IMG/VR virus record: IMGVR_UViG_3300044540_000317
DNA from: an uncultured virus (IMG/VR IMGVR_UViG_3300044540_000317)
Taxonomy: Duplodnaviria; Heunggongvirae; Uroviricota; Caudoviricetes
Reading direction: 5' to 3' (one strand)
Length of the DNA stretch: 20,000 nucleotides
Within the stretch, counting starts at the first letter, position 1. Each line of letters starts with the position of its first letter. Below the pieces are notes generated by a model that made no database searches, was not told the DNA's origin, and saw only the letters and a program-made list of their open reading frames with translations. The translations under genes were made by a program, and so were the position numbers. This document shows, piece by piece, positions 16,781-20,000 of the stretch.

Positions 16781-19369
16781 ATGTCCTGCCGCACCACCCC
16801 CGCCGGATCTGCCTTCACCTCCTACGCGCGCCTCACCGCCGGGGCGGGCATGTCTGACGTCGCAACCCTCTCGGCCTTCCACCAGCTCCGCCGAGAATGG
16901 CAGCAACAGCCCTCCACCGACCACGCCGCTAACCTCGTCACCCCGGACGCGTACCGCAACTACGTCCAAGCAGCGATCGAACAGGTCCGAGCAGATCAAA
17001 GCCTCACCGAGGCTCGCCGCGCCTCCCTCCTTGCTCGCCTCGAAGAAGCAGCCAACGCCGACCCGCTACCCGACCAAGCAACCGTCTACGCCCTATCCCG
17101 CATCCACGCCTACGTCGGCTCGCAAGCGACCCACCGCGGCCGGTTCCTCAACGACTACATCGCCGCCACTGGCGCGACCGCCGACGAAGCCGCCGCCAGG
17201 TTCCGAGAGCTCGAGCACGGCATCGACCGCGCCCGCGACGCCGCAGACCCCGACACGTACACGCCCGAGAACATCCTCGCCGCCACCAACGCCGGCCTCG
17301 GCACCGAAGCGGGAACCGTTCACGCGTTCGTCACCCTCCGCGCAGAAGCGGCAGCCGCCCGCCGCAGCGCCGACAGCGCCCGCCCGCCCCGCGTCGCCCT
17401 GACCCCGAACGTGAACGACCTCGCGTACAACGGGCTCCGCGTCACCGGCTACGGTCACGACCCCCGCACCCGCCACTTCGAAGTCGAGGTCGAGAACGTC
17501 GACACCGGCGAGCGCACCATCCGCTCGTACCGCGCCATCGACGACTGGCACGTCAGTCAGATGACGAACACCGACGGGCCCGGCATGACCGAGTACTGGG
17601 CCCAAAACATTCGCGGACGATCCTGGTACCGATACGGCAGCCGCGAGCAAGCCGAACATGCCCGCCTCGCACCTCGCTGCCCCGCCTGCGGCCAGTGGGC
17701 AACTTTCGGGCACACCTGCCCCGTCGAGCAGGTCGGCGACATCCAGCGGTTCGAGCTCGGCCTCTACCGGACCCGCACCTCCATCCAGAACCTCACCCTC
17801 CCCGTCGTATCCCCCACGACCGGTGAGACCGTCCAGGCCGACATTAGCCTCCGCCTGCCGCTCGTCGCGGAGATGCGTCGCGTCACCGACGACCGCACCC
17901 TCATCCTCTCAGGCGTCAACGAGTACGTCTTCCTGTCCGGCGCCGGCACCGGCGACATCGGCTGCGCCCGCGTCACCGGCGACCTCGCCCTGGTCCGCAA
18001 CCCCGACACCGGCGATATCACCGTCAACAACCAGCTTCGCTGCGCATGCGGCCGGTTCGCCGCCGACCGGCAACCCTGCGACCACATCCGCGCCTACATC
18101 GTCGCGGCCCAGCACCGCATCAACCCGCCGAGCCGGTCGCGCGCGCCCCGCAACGAAGAAGAGCGCATCGCCGCCGCAGCCGCCGCGCAGGCCGCCGCCG
18201 AAGCGGCAGCCGCCACGGACTGGACCCGCAACGAGGAGACTCTCGCCGAAGCGCGCCGCACCTGGAACGCCGACGCGGAAGTCATCTACTCCGAGAACTT
18301 CGACGCGTTCCGGGACGACTACGCCGCCGCCGAAGCCGCGCTCGCGGCCCGCGAAGCAGGTGACAAGCGCGCCCCGCTGCCGTACCTGCGCGAGAACGCT
18401 CTCGGCGGCCTCGCCGCGCCCGGCAGCGGGCAGGCGTTCGGTGTCGAGATCGAGTACGACTTCCCACCCAGCATGGACTACGTCCAGCGCGCCCACACGA
18501 ACCAGCGGATCGCTCAGCAGCTCCACGCCGCGGGCCTGACCAGCGCACCCCGCATGCTGCAGTACCACGCATCCCAGCGCCGCGGGTTCACCGACTCTCA
18601 CACCGACGCGGACGGGAACGGCACCTGGTCCCTCGAGCATGACGGGTCCGTCGCCGGCGAGCTCGTCCCGCCCGCGATGTACGACACCCCCGAGACGTGG
18701 GAGAAGCTCGAGACCGCGTGCCGAATCCTGCGCGAGAACGGCGCGATCGCCTCAACCAAGGTCGGCGGACACATCCACGTCGGCACCGGCTTCTACAGCG
18801 GCGACGCCCGCAAGTACAGCGAGCTCGTCAACCTGATGAACCAGCACGAAGACATCATGTTCCGCCTCGGCCAGAACCCCGAACGCGGCCGGCACCGCCA
18901 GGGCCTCTACACCGCGCCGCTCCACGAAGCACCCGCGACGGGGTTCGCCGACATCACTGAGATGCGCACCTGGCGCGCCAGCGCCCGCACCCGCACCCTC
19001 AACCTCGGACACGTCAACGGCAGCAGCAGCGACCACCCCGAGTTCCGCCTCTTCGACGGAACCCTCGACCCGGCAACCATTCAGGCGCAGGTGAAGCTGG
19101 CCGTCACCATGACGCACGCAGCAGCACGCATTGCCGACTCCGGCGGCACCAGCCGCCGTAAAGAGAAGATCGGGTCGCACGCCGCCCGCGCCCGCGCCGC
19201 CGGCCGCCGCACCCGCCGGCTGACCGACGAGGAACTCGCCGCCGACACCACCACCTTCCGGTCCTTCATGGACACCCTGTTCACCCGGCGGGAGGACAAG
19301 GCCCACATCACCACCCTGTTCGCAGCAACGAAATGGGTCACCCCGACCGGCGCGAACACGCGCCACTGA
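16781..19369 (+). CDS. Multidomain COOH-NH2 ligase (Amidoligase_2-type) with KTSC-like, Zn-ribbon and SWIM modules, 862 aa
   Basis: Ligase motifs FGVEIEY, HDGSVAGELVPP, VGGHIHVG, EFRLFDGTLD; SWIM CACGRFAADRQPCDH; Zn ribbon CPACGQWATFGHTC; KTSC-like GYGHDPRTRHFEVEV...RSY (the weakest call); GAGG RBS. Confidence 0.88.
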   Translation: MSCRTTPAGSAFTSYARLTAGAGMSDVATLSAFHQLRREWQQQPSTDHAANLVTPDAYRNYVQAAIEQVRADQSLTEARRASLLARLEEAANADPLPDQATVYALSRIHAYVGSQATHRGRFLNDYIAATGATADEAAARFRELEHGIDRARDAADPDTYTPENILAATNAGLGTEAGTVHAFVTLRAEAAAARRSADSARPPRVALTPNVNDLAYNGLRVTGYGHDPRTRHFEVEVENVDTGERTIRSYRAIDDWHVSQMTNTDGPGMTEYWAQNIRGRSWYRYGSREQAEHARLAPRCPACGQWATFGHTCPVEQVGDIQRFELGLYRTRTSIQNLTLPVVSPTTGETVQADISLRLPLVAEMRRVTDDRTLILSGVNEYVFLSGAGTGDIGCARVTGDLALVRNPDTGDITVNNQLRCACGRFAADRQPCDHIRAYIVAAQHRINPPSRSRAPRNEEERIAAAAAAQAAAEAAAATDWTRNEETLAEARRTWNADAEVIYSENFDAFRDDYAAAEAALAAREAGDKRAPLPYLRENALGGLAAPGSGQAFGVEIEYDFPPSMDYVQRAHTNQRIAQQLHAAGLTSAPRMLQYHASQRRGFTDSHTDADGNGTWSLEHDGSVAGELVPPAMYDTPETWEKLETACRILRENGAIASTKVGGHIHVGTGFYSGDARKYSELVNLMNQHEDIMFRLGQNPERGRHRQGLYTAPLHEAPATGFADITEMRTWRASARTRTLNLGHVNGSSSDHPEFRLFDGTLDPATIQAQVKLAVTMTHAAARIADSGGTSRRKEKIGSHAARARAAGRRTRRLTDEELAADTTTFRSFMDTLFTRREDKAHITTLFAATKWVTPTGANTRH

Positions 19370-19382
19370 CCCCGACCTGCGC

Positions 19383-19437
19383 CGTCCACGCCGGAGCCCC
19401 GCACCGATCGAGTAGGTGCGGGGCTCCGGCGTGGACG
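19383..19437. terminator. 23-bp perfect inverted repeat, likely a bidirectional terminator
   Basis: CGTCCACGCCGGAGCCCCGCACC (19383-19405) pairs with GGTGCGGGGCTCCGGCGTGGACG (19415-19437); 9-nt loop; lies between convergent genes. Confidence 0.85.
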
Positions 19438-19476
19438 AGCCAGGGACGGCTCCGAACGCGTTGGGGCGCTATGCCG

Positions 19477-19680
19477 TCAACTCACCGACGCGAGCGCGAC
19501 CGTCGCAACCGTGCCCAGCAGGGCCGTGGCGACCGTCGCGACAACAACGATGAACAACGCAGCGAGCGCCGCAGACGCAGCCAGCTCCCGCGCCGTCGCA
19601 CCGACGGGCTCCTCCACATCCTCGAAACGGGCCCGCAGAACCGTCTCAACCTCGGCCGTGGGAGTGGGGATCTGAGTCAT
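19477..19680 (-). CDS. Small membrane protein, 67 aa
   Basis: ATG 19680 after GGAAGGA; long C-terminal hydrophobic stretch. Confidence 0.6.
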   Translation of the reverse strand: MTQIPTPTAEVETVLRARFEDVEEPVGATARELAASAALAALFIVVVATVATALLGTVATVALASVS

Positions 19681-19823
19681 GCAACGTCCTTCCGGGAACC
19701 TGACGCGGTCAGCGAACAACAAGCCGTCAACGAACGCTCAGCACACCGGCCGGCGCCGACAGCCGCGCACACTATCGGCGCTGCACGGCTCCGCGATCCA
19801 ACGCCGCCGCCGATGACCCGCCC

Positions 19824-20000
19824 ATGACCTCCCAGACTGCTTCCGTGACCGTCTCCACCGACGGGTCCTGCCTGCGCAACCCGGGCGGACCGTCCGGGTG
19901 GGCGTGGTACGTCGACGAGGACTGCCACAGCTCCGGCGGTTTCGCGTCCGGAACCAACCAGCAAGCCGAGCTCATGGCCGTCCTCGCTGCGCTGCGCCAA
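19824..20000 (+). CDS. rnhA: Ribonuclease HI, N-terminal part (continues beyond the window)
   Basis: Manual translation: MTSQTASVTVSTDGSCLRNPGGPSGWAWYVDEDCHSSGGFASGTNQQAELMAVLAALRQ, showing the DGS..NPG and TNxxAEL catalytic motifs; not in the ORF track. Confidence 0.92.
   Translation, partial: MTSQTASVTVSTDGSCLRNPGGPSGWAWYVDEDCHSSGGFASGTNQQAELMAVLAALRQ

Noticed and set aside
1..20000. CRISPR array, tRNA/rRNA, IS/transposase, integrase, reverse transcriptase
   Set aside because: No regularly spaced direct repeats, cloverleaf or corresponding protein motifs were seen by eye; not excluded by a computational scan.

Overview
High-GC, actinobacterial-looking accessory DNA. It reads like part of a large plasmid or integrative/phage-like element rather than core chromosome (inference; no integrase, capsid or conjugation gene is visible). 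Left to right: a secreted S8 protease with an FN3-like domain (runs off the left edge, absent from the ORF track), two hypotheticals, DNA primase DnaG, a NurA-family nuclease with no adjacent HerA, two membrane-anchored proteins and a hypothetical, a compact minus-strand phage-like operon ending in a HAD phosphatase and a PTH2-type peptidyl-tRNA hydrolase, a DEDDh exonuclease with a long N-terminal extension, a stand-alone class II glutamine amidotransferase, a divergent FliA/WhiG-like sigma factor, a membrane protein, an acidic hypothetical, an 862-aa protein fusing KTSC-like, Zn-ribbon and SWIM modules to a COOH-NH2 (Amidoligase_2-type) ligase, a small membrane protein, and the 5' end of RNase HI. 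The two most notable signals are (1) the multidomain amidoligase plus amidotransferase pair and (2) a promoter motif found three times, T(G/T)(T/C)CGT-ACAG-N5-C-TAT(A/C)CT, with the hexamer-N10-TANNNT geometry of PafBC/RecA-NDp DNA-damage promoters. All family calls come from motif recognition by eye; no database searches were run.
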